NCBI RefSeq assembly: GCF_009914755.1
Contig: NC_060931.1
Source: the human T2T-CHM13v2.0 reference genome, Homo sapiens
Strand: one strand, 5' to 3'
Length of the DNA: 64,000 nt
Shown here piece after piece: positions 41,567 through 58,013 of this stretch (its first letter is position 1; the number at the start of each line of letters is the position of its first letter). The notes under the pieces are model-generated. The model searched no databases and was not told the origin of the DNA. It was given only the letters and a program-made list of their open reading frames with translations. Made by a program: the position numbers and the translations under genes.

Positions 41567-42351
41567 AAAAAAACTTTGCTTGTTCATTGTCTATACATAT
41601 TTGTATGCATGGTTAGACTTGATTTACTAATATTTTGTTGAGAGTTTTTTGCATCCATTTTCATGAGAGAAAATGGTGTGTAGTTTTCCTTTTTTTGTAA
41701 TGTTATTATCTACTTCTGTTATTAGGGTAAGGCTGACCTTGTAAAATGAGACAGAATTCTTTTGTGTGCTTCTAATTTTTGGAACAATTTATAGAGAATT
41801 AGTATTATTTCTCTTGAAATATTTGGTAAAACTCACCAGTGAAACTGAGACTGGGTCTTCTCTTTGTTTTGGAAGGTTATTAATTATTGATTCAATTATT
41901 TTAGTATGTAAAGTCGTATTTGGATTATCTGTAGCAAGTGTTTCTGTAGATTGTGTCTTCTACGGAATGTTCTTTTTCATCAAAGTTATCTAATTTTTGG
42001 CTTACAGCTGTTTATTATATTCTTTTACTGACCTTTTAATGTCCATTGGGCCAAGAGTGATGGCCATTTTTTAACTTCTAATATTTGTAATGCTTGTGTT
42101 GTAATTTTTTGTGTGTGATTCTGGCTGGGGCTTACCAATTTTAATTTTATAGAAGCTAAAAGCCTGGTGACCCATATTTTTCTTTGGCAAAATAAAACTG
42201 TCACCTGAGTTAATATGAAAGATAGAAAAAATACCTAACACACTTTGTTTTGGAGAAGAGGTTTTGAGGTAAAATGTTACTACTGCAAGGTGTTTGCTAC
42301 TACCTTCATATCGCTAATGATTATAAGAAATTAAACTCAAAAAAGAGTTGA

Positions 42352-42652
<301 letters not shown>

Positions 42653-42959
42653 GCATTGAACTTTTTACAACCAGGAATGCATTGGAAGAAATAAAATACA
42701 TATTCAATAAAATACAAGAAAATAGATAGTTTAGAACTTTCTGGGTGGTTACTTGAAGCTATTTCTTTTATGAAACCATAATAGATAAGTTTGAGAAGTG
42801 GCATGAGAAACATTTGACTAATTAAGATACTCTTTGGGGGCAAAAAAGTTACAGGAAGGCTGCTAGAAAATTACTAAATAAGAAATCTGAATAAATTAAT
42901 GTTGCTCACAGGCAATATTTTCAATTTGACATTTCAATAAAAATTTCCTTTAAACCAGT

Positions 42960-45267
42960 TGATATGGTTTGGCTGTGTTCCCACCCAAATATCATCTTGA
43001 ATTGTAGTTCCCAATATTCCCATGTGTGGAGAGAGGGACTCAGTAGGAGGTAATTGAATCCTGAAGGTGGTTTCTTGCATGCTATTCTCATAATAGTAAG
43101 CTCTCCCAAGATCTGATGATTTTATAAGGGGCTTCCCCCCTTCGCTCAGCTCTCGTTCTTCTCTCTCCTGCCACCTTGTTAGGGACAAGTTTGTTTCCCC
43201 TTCTACCATGATTATCAGTCTTCTGAGACCTCCCTAGCCCTACAGAACTATATGAGGCAGTTAAACTTCTTTCCTTTATAAATTATCCAGTCTTGGGGAT
43301 GTCCTTATAGCAGCATGATAACAGACTAATACTTTAAATTGGTACTGGGAGCGGGGCGCTACTGTAAAAACACCTGAAAATGTGAAAACAACTTTGGAAC
43401 TGGGTAAGAGGCAGAGGTTGGAAAAGTTTGGAGGGCTCAGAAGAAGATGGGAAAATGTGGGAAAGTTTGGGACTTCCTAGAGATTTGGAGGGATCAGAGG
43501 ACAGGAAGATGTGGAAAAGCTTGGAACTTCCTAGAGATTTGTTGAATGGCTTTGACCAAAATTCTGATAGTGATATTGACAATAAGGTCCAGACTAAGGT
43601 GGTCTCAGATGGAGATGAGGAACTTGTTGGAAACTGGAATAAACGTGACTCTTGCTATGCTTTAGCAAAGAAACTGGCTGCATTTTGCCCCTGCCCTGGA
43701 GATCTGTGGAAACTTGAACCTGAAAGAGATGATTTAAAGTATCTTGTGGGAGAAATTTCTAAGCAGCAAAGCATTCAAGAGGAAGCAGAGCATAAAATTT
43801 TGGCAAGTTTGTAGCCTGATGATGCAAAAGAAAACAAAAACCCATTTTCTGGTGAGAAATTCTAGCTAGCTGCAGAAATTTGCATAAATGATGAGGAACA
43901 AAATGTTAACCACCAAGAAAATGAGGAAAATGTCTCCAGGGTATGTCAGAGAACTTCACAGCAGCCCCTCTCATCACAGTCCCAGGGCCTAGTAGAGAAA
44001 AATTGTTTTGTAGGCTGGGCCTAGGGCCCTCCTGCTGTGTGCAGCCTAGGGACTTGGTGCCCTGCATCTCAGTGGCTCCAGCCATGGCTAAAAGGGGCCA
44101 AGGTACAGCTCAGGCCATGGCTTCAGAAGGTGCAAGCCCCAAGCCTTGGCAGCTTCCATGTGGTGTTCTTTCTGCAGATGCACAGAAGACAAGAATTAAG
44201 GTTTGAGAACCTCTACCTAGATTTCATCAGTTGTATGGAAATGCCTGATGTCTAGGCAGAAGTCTGCTAAGGGGGCAGAGCCCCCATGGAGAACCTCTGC
44301 TAGGGCAGTGCAGAAGGGAAATGTGGGGTGGGGGCTCCCACACAGAGTCCCCATGGGGTACTGCCTAGTGGAGCTATGAGAAGCAGGCCACTGTCCTCCA
44401 GACCCCAGAATGATAGATCCACCAAGAGCTTGCATCATGTACCTGGAAAAGCCACAGGTATTCAACACTGACCCATGAAAGCAGCTGGGAGGGGGCCTGT
44501 ATCCCACAAAGCCACAGAGGCAGAGCTTCCCAAGGCTGTTGGAGCCCACCTCTTGTATCAGCATACCCCAGATATGAGAAATGCAGTCAAAGAAGATCAT
44601 TTTGAAATTTTAAAGTTTAATGACTGCCCTATTGGATTTTGGCCTGTAGCCCCTTTGTTTGGGCCAATTCCTCCCATTTGGACTGGGTGTATTTACCCAA
44701 TGCCTATACCTCCATTGTACCTAGGAAGTAACTAACTTGCTTTTGATTTTACAGACTCATAGGCAGAAAGGCCTAGTCTCAGACAAGACTTTGGACTTGG
44801 AATTCTGGGTTAATGCTGGAATGAGCTAATTTGGGGGGCCGTTTGAAAGGAATAGTTGTGTTTTGAAATGTGAGGCCATGAGATTTGGGAGGGGCCACAG
44901 GCAAAATGATATGGTTTGGCTCTGTCCACATGCAAAACTCATCTTCAATTATAATTCTCATAATCTCCATGTGTGGTGGAAGGGATCAGGTGGGAGGTAA
45001 CTGAATCATGAGGGTAGTTTCCCCAATGCTATTCTTGTGAAAGTAAGTTCTCATGAAATCTGATGGTTTTATAAGGGGTTTCCCCCTTCACTTGGCTCTC
45101 ATTCTCTCTTCTGCTGCCTTGTGAAGGACGAGTCTGCTTTCCCTTCTGCCATGATTGTAAGTTTCCTGAGGTCTCTCCAGCCAGGTGAACTGGGAGCCAC
45201 TTAAACCTTTTTTCTTTATAAATTACGCAGTTTCTTGTATGTTCTTATAGCAGCATGAGAACAGGCA
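42960..45267 (+). mobile_element. Full-length THE1C element (LTR 42960-43333, internal, LTR 44907-45267)
   Basis: Two LTRs starting tgatatggtttggct; MaLR internal ORF remnants; exact 5 bp TSD ccagt at 42955-42959 and 45268-45272. Confidence 0.95.
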
Positions 45268-45288
45268 CCAGTTAAAACCAGAAGAACA

Positions 45289-46121
45289 CATTTTCTTAAT
45301 CCAGTCTATCATTGTTGGACATTTGGGTTGGTTCCAAGTCTTTGCTATTGTGAATAGTGCTGCAATAAACATACGTGTGCATGTGTCTTTATAGCAGCAT
45401 GATTTATAGTCCTTTGGGTATATACCCAGTAATGGGATGGCTGGGTCAAATGGTATTTTTAGTTCTAGATCCCTGAGGAATCGCCACACTGACTTCCACA
45501 ATGGTTGAACTAGTTTGCAGTCCCACCAACAGTGTAAAAGTGTTCCTATTTCTCCACATCCTCTCCAGCACCTGTTGTTTCCTGACTTTTTAATGATCGC
45601 CATTCTAACTGGTGTGAGATGGTATCACATTGCGGTTTTGATTTGCATTTCTCTGATGGCCAGTGATGATGAGCATTTTTTCATGTGTCTTTTGGCTGCA
45701 TAAATGTCTTCTTTTGAGAACTGTCTGTTCATATCCTTTGCCCACTTTTTGTTGGGGTTGTTTGTTTTAGTCTCGTAAATTTGTTCGAGTTCATTGTAGA
45801 TTCTGGATATTAGTGTCATGAAATTGGAAATCATCATTCTCAGTAAACTATCGCAAAGACAAAAAACCAAACACCGCATGTTCTCACTCATAGATGGGAA
45901 TTGAACAATGAGAACACATGGGCACAGAAAGGGGAACATCACACTCTGGGGACTGTTGTGGGGTGGGGGGAGGGGGGAGGGATAGCTTTAGGAGATATAC
46001 CTAATGCTAAATGACAAGTTAAAGGGTGCAGCACACCAGCATGGCACATGTATACATATGTAACTAACCTGCACATTGTGCACATATACCCTAAAACTTA
46101 AAGTATAAAAAAAAAAAAAAC
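45289..46121 (+). mobile_element. L1PA3-like insertion with 5' inversion
   Basis: 45289-45812 antisense ORF2 end; ~45816-46120 sense 3'UTR and poly-A; TSD accagaagaaca at 45277-45288 and 46122-46133 after a tt/aaaa site. Confidence 0.95.
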
Positions 46122-46944
46122 ACCAGAAGAACATAAAAGAACTGAAACCAACTATTTAAGTTACTACAATCAAGCTGACTTCACACAGGATTAATTAAAC
46201 ATGTTTTTAATGTCTAAATTTTTGTAGTTAGTTTTGCTGCAGAAAAAATAAATGTTGCATAGCACAGGATGAGAAAGAGGAATTATTAAACCTATTATTT
46301 TTATACAAATATTTTAATCTCCCAAAGTTTATAGTATGTAGCTCTTAACACACACAAAAAATGCTTTAATACTTATGGCATCAGGTCCTTATAGTAATGT
46401 TGATCGTTAGACCAAATACATAGTGTCTGTGCTATAGGATTTACAGTCTAGAAAACTGAGATTTGTATAGGCAAAGTAATTTTCTAGTCTTGAGAAAGAT
46501 AAGGCGAGGACCTAGGTGTTTCACTTCCAGTGCTGGTATTTTATATTGTACTAACTGGTTTGAATATTTATTAAGCATTTATTATATTAATGATCTCTGG
46601 TCTATATTTATACTAGTTATTTAAATGGCAGTGCAAAAAACTTTTTTGAAAAGAAACTCTTCAAAGAGATATAGGCATTATTAGCTTATTCTTTCTTGGT
46701 TTGAGAAGACGCTAAATCATTCAGCAACCAAATTACCTGTGGTCATAAAAAGCACATCTATCAGCTTGATTCTAATAAAATATTGGCTGCATCTGGCTTC
46801 CTGATTTGTGTCATAAGTGACATTTTAGATAGAAAGAAAGTAGTAGCATTTCCATCTGCTCTGTACCACACAATCTAACACCTGATTTTATTTTCATTTG
46901 TTTTTATCTCCAAATCTCCAAGATTTACATATCATCTGGTGTCC

Positions 46945-47062
46945 TTATATAGATTAAAATCTCCTTGAGGACAAAAACTCTATTTTTCACTATATCCATC
47001 AGGGCTGTAAGAACAATTGTTAGGTATTTTATTGTTATTGTTTAACCAATAAATAAATGAAC
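46945..47062 (+). mobile_element. L2 3' end
   Basis: tagattaaaatctccttgaggacaaaaact...aataaataaatgaa. Confidence 0.5.
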
Positions 47063-48989
47063 ATAATTTTCACCTTTATTATTAAAATCAATTTTTTTGT
47101 AGAATGGTATTAATCTACATAAAAGCTAATACTCAATTGTATTTCACTTTATGAATGCATATTTTCCTCTAAGAAAATGTAAATAAATAGTTCTTGTGTT
47201 CCATAGTGACTTTTTCAATGATTAAATATGATTTATTATTATTTTAGATACATGTATAATCTGTTAAATAGCAACAGTTGCTGAAGCAATATAAATAAAA
47301 ATGTTTCTTGACCTCAGAGCTCTTATTATAGACTGAAATTTCAAAAGATTGATTTATGGATAGTTACTATTAATAAAATCATTAAAAGGAAAGTTAAAAT
47401 TCATTAATTCTATAAAAACAAAATAATTTTTATTCTGCTTTATATTCATGAAATTGAATTTCATGGTTAACCAAAAAGTTCAAAATTATCGGTGAAGAAA
47501 TGTCTTCAGCCTAATTAATGTCAAGTTTTGAAAATGTGTAGTCTATGCTGTGAAAACTGATATTTTCAGCTAAGAATAACAAGATCTTAAGACTTGGTAA
47601 AACTGAAGAGGCAGTGTTAGTATTTAGTATTTATTTTTCTCATGAAGTGTTTATCTTTAGTGAAATATGTGCATAAAATTTTCAATGTTGCCTCATGGCT
47701 AGTTAAGTGCATTTACAGATTACTGTACTATGGTGTCACTCTAGGAGGAGTCAGTCTGTCATGATTCTCTGTATTCTACAATTCGATAATTCGCCTGAAG
47801 ATGATTGGGTCCTCTGACAGTTTACTCAATGAAGTTCTGTAAATGCTCATGCTTTCAACAGCAGGATTAGATATCTGTGTAGACATTCAAGTCAATAATT
47901 TTATTCTGAATTTTTCTCTAAAATGTATAATGGAATTGTGTGTATAAAACAGGTTTTAATCTTCAAGATCAACATTACTGTTTAACAATTACAATTATAT
48001 TCAATGCTGCTGAAACAATTGCTTTTCCTTGGCACCTAAAAAGTTCTCCAAATTTGTCTAAACTACTCTGATCTCCAAATCTTCCTTTCATGTTGAGTTT
48101 TTCTACTTGGTCCATGTTTATTTGATCTTAAAAGAATCTTGTTCTACTGTAAGTAGAATTTAAAAATGACTAACTTTACATTTCAGTTCAATTTTATTAT
48201 ATTAAAGATCCATATATTGAGCCAAGAATTGTGCTCAGCTATGTTGATGAGTAGGCCAGCAGTGCTCTATAAGAATTGCTATTGAGATTAGAGAAAATAA
48301 TAACAAGGGGAAGAGGCAGGGAAACAAAAGATTGATTATTCATTGTATTAATGATAGTAATGGTATAACAGAGTTCAAAATTATTTGTTTTATGTGCATA
48401 AAAGAAGATGCTACTACTAATTTCACATAAGAAAATCTTCATATTTATATGTTGCCCATAACCATCTGATTGTCCCATATAAAGCTGTAATCTATAAATC
48501 TACCTATATAATATGTCCAAACATTGGCTGTATTGCAAGTTAAATTGTTTTATTTTCTCTCTTCAAATATTACACACTTTTAACTATAACGTTTGATTTC
48601 TTAAGCCAAAATTAAGAAGAGTACATTATACATTGTTTTATAAGTGTATTAGAAACTATTTCTATAGTTATCTTTGTTTCAAGCCAAGAATCTGAAATTA
48701 TCTATCTTCAACTATTTTGAAAGTTCTGAGGAATAAATAGTTATAGATGAATTTGAAACCATCACATTTCCACCATAGTTTTCTGTTACGAAAGGAGGTA
48801 CACTGAAATCTGAGATCAGCTAGCACATTTAATTTTGGAAAGTTTAAGATAATATTGCCAAATATTTCTCATATATATATATATGAAGGAAAAATGAGAA
48901 TAAGAATCTTAAGTTATTTTTCTTACATCATTGGTTATTGTTACCCAATCTTCTTAATATCTCATCATTTAAATGTAAGTTTGGTTCTT

Positions 48990-49905
48990 ATTTTTTTTAA
49001 AGCTATTTAAAGTCTTGTTAATGAGTTGTAATATACATGTAGTGAATTGCACAGATCTTAGGTGTATAGTTTGATCCACTTTAACAATGGATTCACTCAA
49101 TGCAACCCATATACCTTTCAAAACAGAACATTGTTTTTACCCAAGAAAGTTTCCTCATATCCTTTCCCAGTTAATTCCTGCTTACTCCAAGGAGTAATCT
49201 AACCTGATTTGAATCACTATTTGTTAATTGATTACCATTTTTAATTTTTAACCGATTGTAGAATTTGTAAAAGGAAATAATATGTATTCTTATGTGACAA
49301 TTTTTTTCTTAGATTATTTTTACAAGTTATTTTTAATGAAAATTGTATCATTATATTTATCCATGCATTTGCATATATCATTGGTTTATTCTTTTTTATT
49401 GCTGAGGATTTTTTAATTATATGAATTATGTGAATATCAAATAGTTTTTCCATTGCCATTTCTTCTTTGTTTTCTGTTAGAGACAGGGTCCTATGCAGTC
49501 ACCCAGGCTGGAGTCCAGTGATGCAATCACATCTCACTGTAACCTGGAACTCATGGACTCAAGCCATCTCCCAAGTCAGCCCCACAATTAGCCTAATTTT
49601 TTTTTCTAAATGTTTTGTAGAAGCAAGGTCTTGCTATGTTGCCCAGGCTGGTCTCAAATTCCTGAAATCAAGTGGTTCTTTCACCTCAGCCTTTGAAAGT
49701 TCTGGGATTACATGTGTAAGCCACCATGTCTGGCCATCTATCACCCTGTTGATAGACATCTGGACTGTTTCTAAATTGGCTATTATAAATAAACCTGCTA
49801 TGATTACTATTATACAAGGCTTTTTGTGGACATATATTTTCATTGCACTAGAATAAAACTGAATCACAGTGAAGAGGTATGTAGAACATTTTAAGACACT
49901 GGCTA
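48990..49905 (-). mobile_element. Old L1M 3' region, continuing after 55422
   Basis: gcacagatcttaggtgtatagtttga terminus; sequence resumes across the L1PA12 TSD. Confidence 0.7.
49458..49735 (-). mobile_element. AluJ with an internal deletion
   Basis: Antisense Alu lacking the gtagctgggactacagg block. Confidence 0.85.
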
Positions 49906-51062
49906 GAATGTGGCATAGCGGCCCATTTGAGACGTACATCAGGCAGGGGAGCCCCAAACCTCAGCCAAGGGAGGTGAGGTGGTGAGTGAGCATGCTACCC
50001 AGCTAGGAAAACCATGCTTTTTCCACGGAACTGCGCAACCCACAGGTCGGAAGACCCCACTTGGGACTCATGCCACCAGAGCCTAGGGTCCCAACCCTGG
50101 AGCTGCCCAGATTCTCAAAAGCCTCTCAGCTAGAATCTGCTTAAGCCTGTGAGTTCCCAGGGGGAGGGGCAACCAGTACCACAGCTGTGGCTGCTTGCTG
50201 TCTAAGCCTTTTGAGCCCCTTGAGGGAGGGTGCAGCAGCCAGCACTGGGACTCATAACTGCCTAACATGCTAAGCTCCCTGAGTGGGGGAAGGGTGGCAT
50301 CCATTGCTACAGCTCCAGGACACACTTTTCTCCCACTGGAGCCAGGGAGGCTGAACAGCTTAGTCCTAGGGGTGACCCCCACAACCCAACATACCGACTG
50401 TGGAAGAATGAGACCAGAGCACCTCTTCAGGCCTGACTCTGACCCATCCTTACTCACTGTGTGAGTCCCCCCACTGCAGGAACCCCAACAACTCCAGCCA
50501 GAGGCTCAGGGACAGAACCCTGGGCCTGAGTCCATAGGGGGAGGGCTGGCCAGAGCCTCTGCAGACCAGAAGACTTAGCCTTTCCTCCTGGTAGTTCTGA
50601 GGAATTCAGGCAGCCCAGAAGAGTAGGTATCCCCCCAGCAAAGCACACTCCCTCCACTAAGGGACAGTCAAAGTGCTTTGTTAAATGGGCTCTGTTCCCC
50701 ATGACCCTCAACTGGGTGAGACCCTCCAACAGGGGTTATCAGACACCCTATACAGGAATAATCCTACTGGCATCAGGTTGGTGCCTCTCGAGTTCAGAGA
50801 TCCCAGAAGAAGGAACAGTCACCCATCTTTGCTGTTCTCCAGGCTCCTTGAGTGACATCTTCAGGCACGGGGGTGAACCAGAAGAATAAGGTCTCAACTG
50901 AACCCCTAGCAAACTGCAACAGCCCTACAGAAGAGAGACCTGATCATTGAAAGAAAAACAGACAAACAGAAAACAACACCATCAACAACAAAAAACGTCC
51001 CCACAAAAATCCCTTCCAAGGGTCAAAAGTCTCAAAGACCGAAACTCAACAAACTCACAAAG

Positions 51063-52100
51063 ATGAGAAGGAATGAACAAAAACACCTCTGAAAACCCAA
51101 AGGTCAAGAGTGCCTCTTCTCCTTGAAGTGACCACGATGCCTCTCCAGCAAGAGTGCAGAACTGGATGGAGGATGGGATGGATGAATTGACAGAAGTAAG
51201 CTTCAGAAGATGGGTAATAAAAAACTCTGCTGAGCTAAAGGAGAATGTTCTAACACAATGCAAAGAAGCTAAGAACCTCAATAAAAGGTTAGAAGAGCTG
51301 CTAACTAGAATAACCAGTTTAGAGAGGAACATAAATGGCCTGATGGAGCTGAAAACCATAGCACGAGAACGTTGTGAGGCATAGAGAAGTATCAATAGCC
51401 AAATCAACAAAGTGGAAGAAATGATATCAGAGTCTGAAGACCACAAGGCTGAAAAAAGTCATGCAGACAAGAATAGAGGAAAAAAAAAAAAAGAATGAAA
51501 AGGAACAAACAAAGCCTTCAAGAAATATGGGACTACATAAAAAGACCAAACCTATGATTGATTCGAGCAACTGAAGGAGACAGGGAGAATGGGAACAAGC
51601 TGGAAAACACATTTTCGGATATTATCCAGAACTTCCCCAACCTACCAAGACAGGCCAACATGCAAATTTGGGAAATACAAAGAACAAGAACACCACTAAG
51701 ACACTCAGTGAGAAGATCAACCCCAAGAAACATAATCATCAGATTCTCCAAGGTCAAAATGCGGAAAAAATTATTAAGGGTAGCCAGAGAGAAAGGTCAG
51801 GTCACCTACAAAGGGAAGCCCATCAGACTAACAGTGGATATCTCAGAAGAAACCCTACAAGCCAGAAAAGACTCGGGGCCAATATTCAACATGCTTAAAG
51901 AAAATAATTTTCAGGCCAGAATTTCACATCCAGCCAAACTAAGCTCCATAAGCGAAGGAGAAATAAAATATTTTCCAGACAAGCAAATGCTGAGGGATTT
52001 TTTCACCACCAGATGTGCCTTGCAAGAGCTCCTGAAGGAAGCACTACATGTGGAAATGAAAAACCAGTACCAGCCACTGCACAAACACACCAAAATATAA
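51063..52100 (+). pseudogene. Disrupted L1 ORF1
   Basis: Fragments NWMEDGMDELTEVSFRRWVI and ENGNKLENTFSDIIQNFPNL...ALQELLKEAL; stops and frameshifts. Confidence 0.9.
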
Positions 52101-52160
52101 AGACCAATGAAACTATGAAGAAACTGCATGAACTAGTGTACAAAATAACCAGATAGCATC

Positions 52161-55110
<2,950 letters not shown>

Positions 55111-55728
55111 GCAGGGACATGGATGAAGCTGGAAGCCATCATCATCAGCAAACTAACATAGAAACATAAAATCAAACACCACATGTTCTCACTCATAAGT
55201 GGGAGTCGAACAATGAGAACACATGGACACAGGCAGTGGAACAACACAACCCAGGGCCTGTTGCCAGGTGGGAGGCGAGCAGAGGGAATTTATAGGACTA
55301 GTCAATAGGAGCAACAAACCACCATGGCACACGTATGCTTATGTAACAAACCTGCACATTTTGCACATGTATCCTGCAACTAAAAGTAAAATAAAATAAA
55401 ATAAAATAAAACACACTGGCTAACAGTTTTTAACAGTGGTTGCATGCTTTACACACCCAAATACTATCTATGAGACATCTAATTTCTTGACATCCTCTCC
55501 ATTATTTGATGGTGTCCATTTTCTCATTTTATCAGCCTAATATTATGGTGTCTGTGTAGGGATAATACTTGTGATTTTAATTTGCATTTCTTCGATGACT
55601 TATAATGTTGAGCAAATTTTCTTATTTGCTTGTGAAGTGTCTGTTCAATGCTTTGCTCATGATATATTAGGTTATTTATTTTTATTATTGAGTTGGAAGA
55701 GGCCATTATATATCCTGGAATCAAGTGC

Positions 55729-56219
55729 TTTTTTTTTTTTTTAACGAGACATGGAGTTTTATTAAGGGCTTAATACAGGCGAGAGAGTCCAGTGGTGGTT
55801 GGCTGGACAGGAGAACCACCTTATGTACAGACAGAAATGGTCTAGTGGCAGCTAGATGGACAAGGTAACCACCGGCTCAGTGGCAGCAAGCTGGTCGGGA
55901 AAACCACAGCTGCCTGCAGACATCATGCACTTTATATGGCATTTCACTTAACACCTGCCCTAACGACCTCCACCTGGTAACCTTCATTTAACCTGAAACT
56001 CAGCACCTCAATCCCCTATACAGCCTGTGTTCCAGGGAACAGGAAGGGAAGGAACAAGACTGCTGGATGGGATGGGATGGGATGGTGGGAGAGTAGCTCA
56101 GATGTTCCTCATAGATAAGGAAAGACTATCCTGATAGCAATAATTTAAGCATACCCTTAGAATGACCCTCTAGGGCAGATGCACCTGAATGTGTGTTCCA
56201 AGGTAGGAAACTGGACATG
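55729..56219 (-). mobile_element. L1-mobilised processed copy of an ERVL (LTR47-like) transcript with 5' inversion
   Basis: T14 tail, minus-strand AATAAA 15 nt upstream of it, 15 bp TSD atcaagtgctttttt, orientation switch at ~56123. Confidence 0.8.
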
Positions 56220-56894
56220 ATCAAGTGCTTTTTTAGACATATGTGTTGCAAAGGTTTTCTCCCTGTGACATGCATATTTATTTACTTAATGGTGGATTTT
56301 GTTTTGCAGAAGTACTTAATTTTGGTAAAGTATAATTGCTGATCTTCTGAATTTTTTTCTGTTATCATTTCTGTGGAATCTTTATTTATCCCAAATATAC
56401 ATATATATGTCCAATATTTTATTACAGAAGCTTTTTAGTTTCGGTTTTATATTTAGCACAATTATTCATTTCAAATTAATATTCATGTATAGTGTAAGGT
56501 AGGGGTCAAATTTATTTTTTTTGTTTTAATTGTTTTTACTCAAGACAGATACGTAACTGCACCAGTATCACTTACTGAGGGATTATTCTATTTTTACTGA
56601 ATCACTGTGGCAAGTTTATTCAATTTTAACTGTTTTTTTTGTGTGTGTAGATACGGGTCTTGACCCTCTGTTGGGTGTTAATGATCTATTTGTCTGTTTT
56701 TTCTCTTAAACAACAGTGCTTTTATTACTGTATCTAAACAATAAGTATATAAGTAAGGTTCTGTTAGATCAACTTTGTTCTTATTTTCAAGATCACTTTG
56801 TTCCTTTTAGGTCATTTGGGTTTTCAGATATTTTAGCACCACGTTGTCAAAATCTATTAAAAGGTCTGCTGAAAGAGTCTTCACTCTATAGGTG

Positions 56895-57065
56895 AAGTGT
56901 TGGCAACAACTGTCTAAAGATCAAACTTGATCTCAGTGTTAATAAAGTTTTATTGAAACAGAACTATGCCCATTTATTACATATTATCTGGTTTGGGGCC
57001 AGATAATGGCTGGTTTTGTGCTACAATGGTTTAGGGGAATAATTGTGACAGAAACCATATTTTCT
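56895..57065 (-). mobile_element. MER58-like hAT-Charlie fragment
   Basis: aataaagttttattgaaacagaactatgcccattt...gtgacagaaaccata. Confidence 0.65.
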
Positions 57066-57943
57066 AAGTTAATTTGGAGAAATACACATCCTAAATGAGT
57101 TTTCAAAACCAATACTTTTAAATTTCATTTCTTTAGATACTCTAATTTATTAAAGTTTTATAATTCAGTGTAGAATTATTGAATATTTGTTGAATGCAAC
57201 CATATATATATATACATATTTGTTTAAGTACATATATTTATACATTTATATGTACATATATTTTGTTTTATATATGATTTTGTTATATTTTAGTTTCTAA
57301 TTATTTATATACTATGCAAAAATACAATTAAATTTTATATTTTGATTGTGCACCTACACTATTACTGAATTCATTTATTAGTGTTAGTTGTGTTTTGGGG
57401 TGTTTGTGGGTTTTCTTCTTTTATATATTTCTTAAAATTTCTAAGTACATAATTAGGAATTTAAAAAATAAAAGTATTTTTCTTTCCTTCTTTCTATTCC
57501 ATATACCCTTTTTCTTTCTTCTTCTTTTTTTTTTTTTTTTTTTTTTTTTGCCTTCTTGTGCTAACCAGGCCTTCAATAAAATATTGAATTACTCTGGTAA
57601 GACTGGAACACCTTGTCTTCTTCCTTATCTTTGGGGGAAAGTGGTCTCTGTTTCACTATTAGGCATAATGCTAGCTGCAACTGCAGGGTCTTTTGGTTTT
57701 CTCGTGTTTTATATTTAATTTTTAAGGATAAAAATATATCACTATTCCTACTTTATTAAGAGATTTTATCATGAATGGTTGGCGAATTTTCTCAAATGTC
57801 TTCCTGCATCTTTTGCAGTTGTCATATAATGTTCCTCCTTTTTATTAAGGGAATAAATTAACTCATTTATATAGAATGATTTTTTTCATGTTAATACAAG
57901 TTTATCTTGCTCTGATTTTAACTTGTTTTTCTTCATGTAGCCT

Positions 57944-57978
57944 GTGTGTGTGTGTGAGAGCGAGACAGAGAGAGAGAA

Positions 57979-58013
<35 letters not shown>

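Larger units (their letters stand above)
39400..42150 (-). mobile_element. L1MC element, interrupted
   Basis: tattaactgaagtacatagttt..attcactctt 3'UTR motif; gggcatccttgccttgttcctgaccttatgggaaa (GTRQGCPL antisense). Confidence 0.8.

Noticed and set aside
40942-41601. Similar 14-mers (attgtctat.cat.t) on both sides of the ERVL LTR
   Set aside because: Imperfect, not flush with the LTR ends and AT-rich; cannot be called a TSD
43428-43545. ~55 bp duplication in the THE1 internal region (EGSEED..LPRDL twice)
   Set aside because: I recall this as a THE1C-int consensus feature, so it is not locus-specific
56983-57007. 9 bp hairpin attatctgg / ccagataat in the MER58 fragment
   Set aside because: Too short to separate from chance without an alignment
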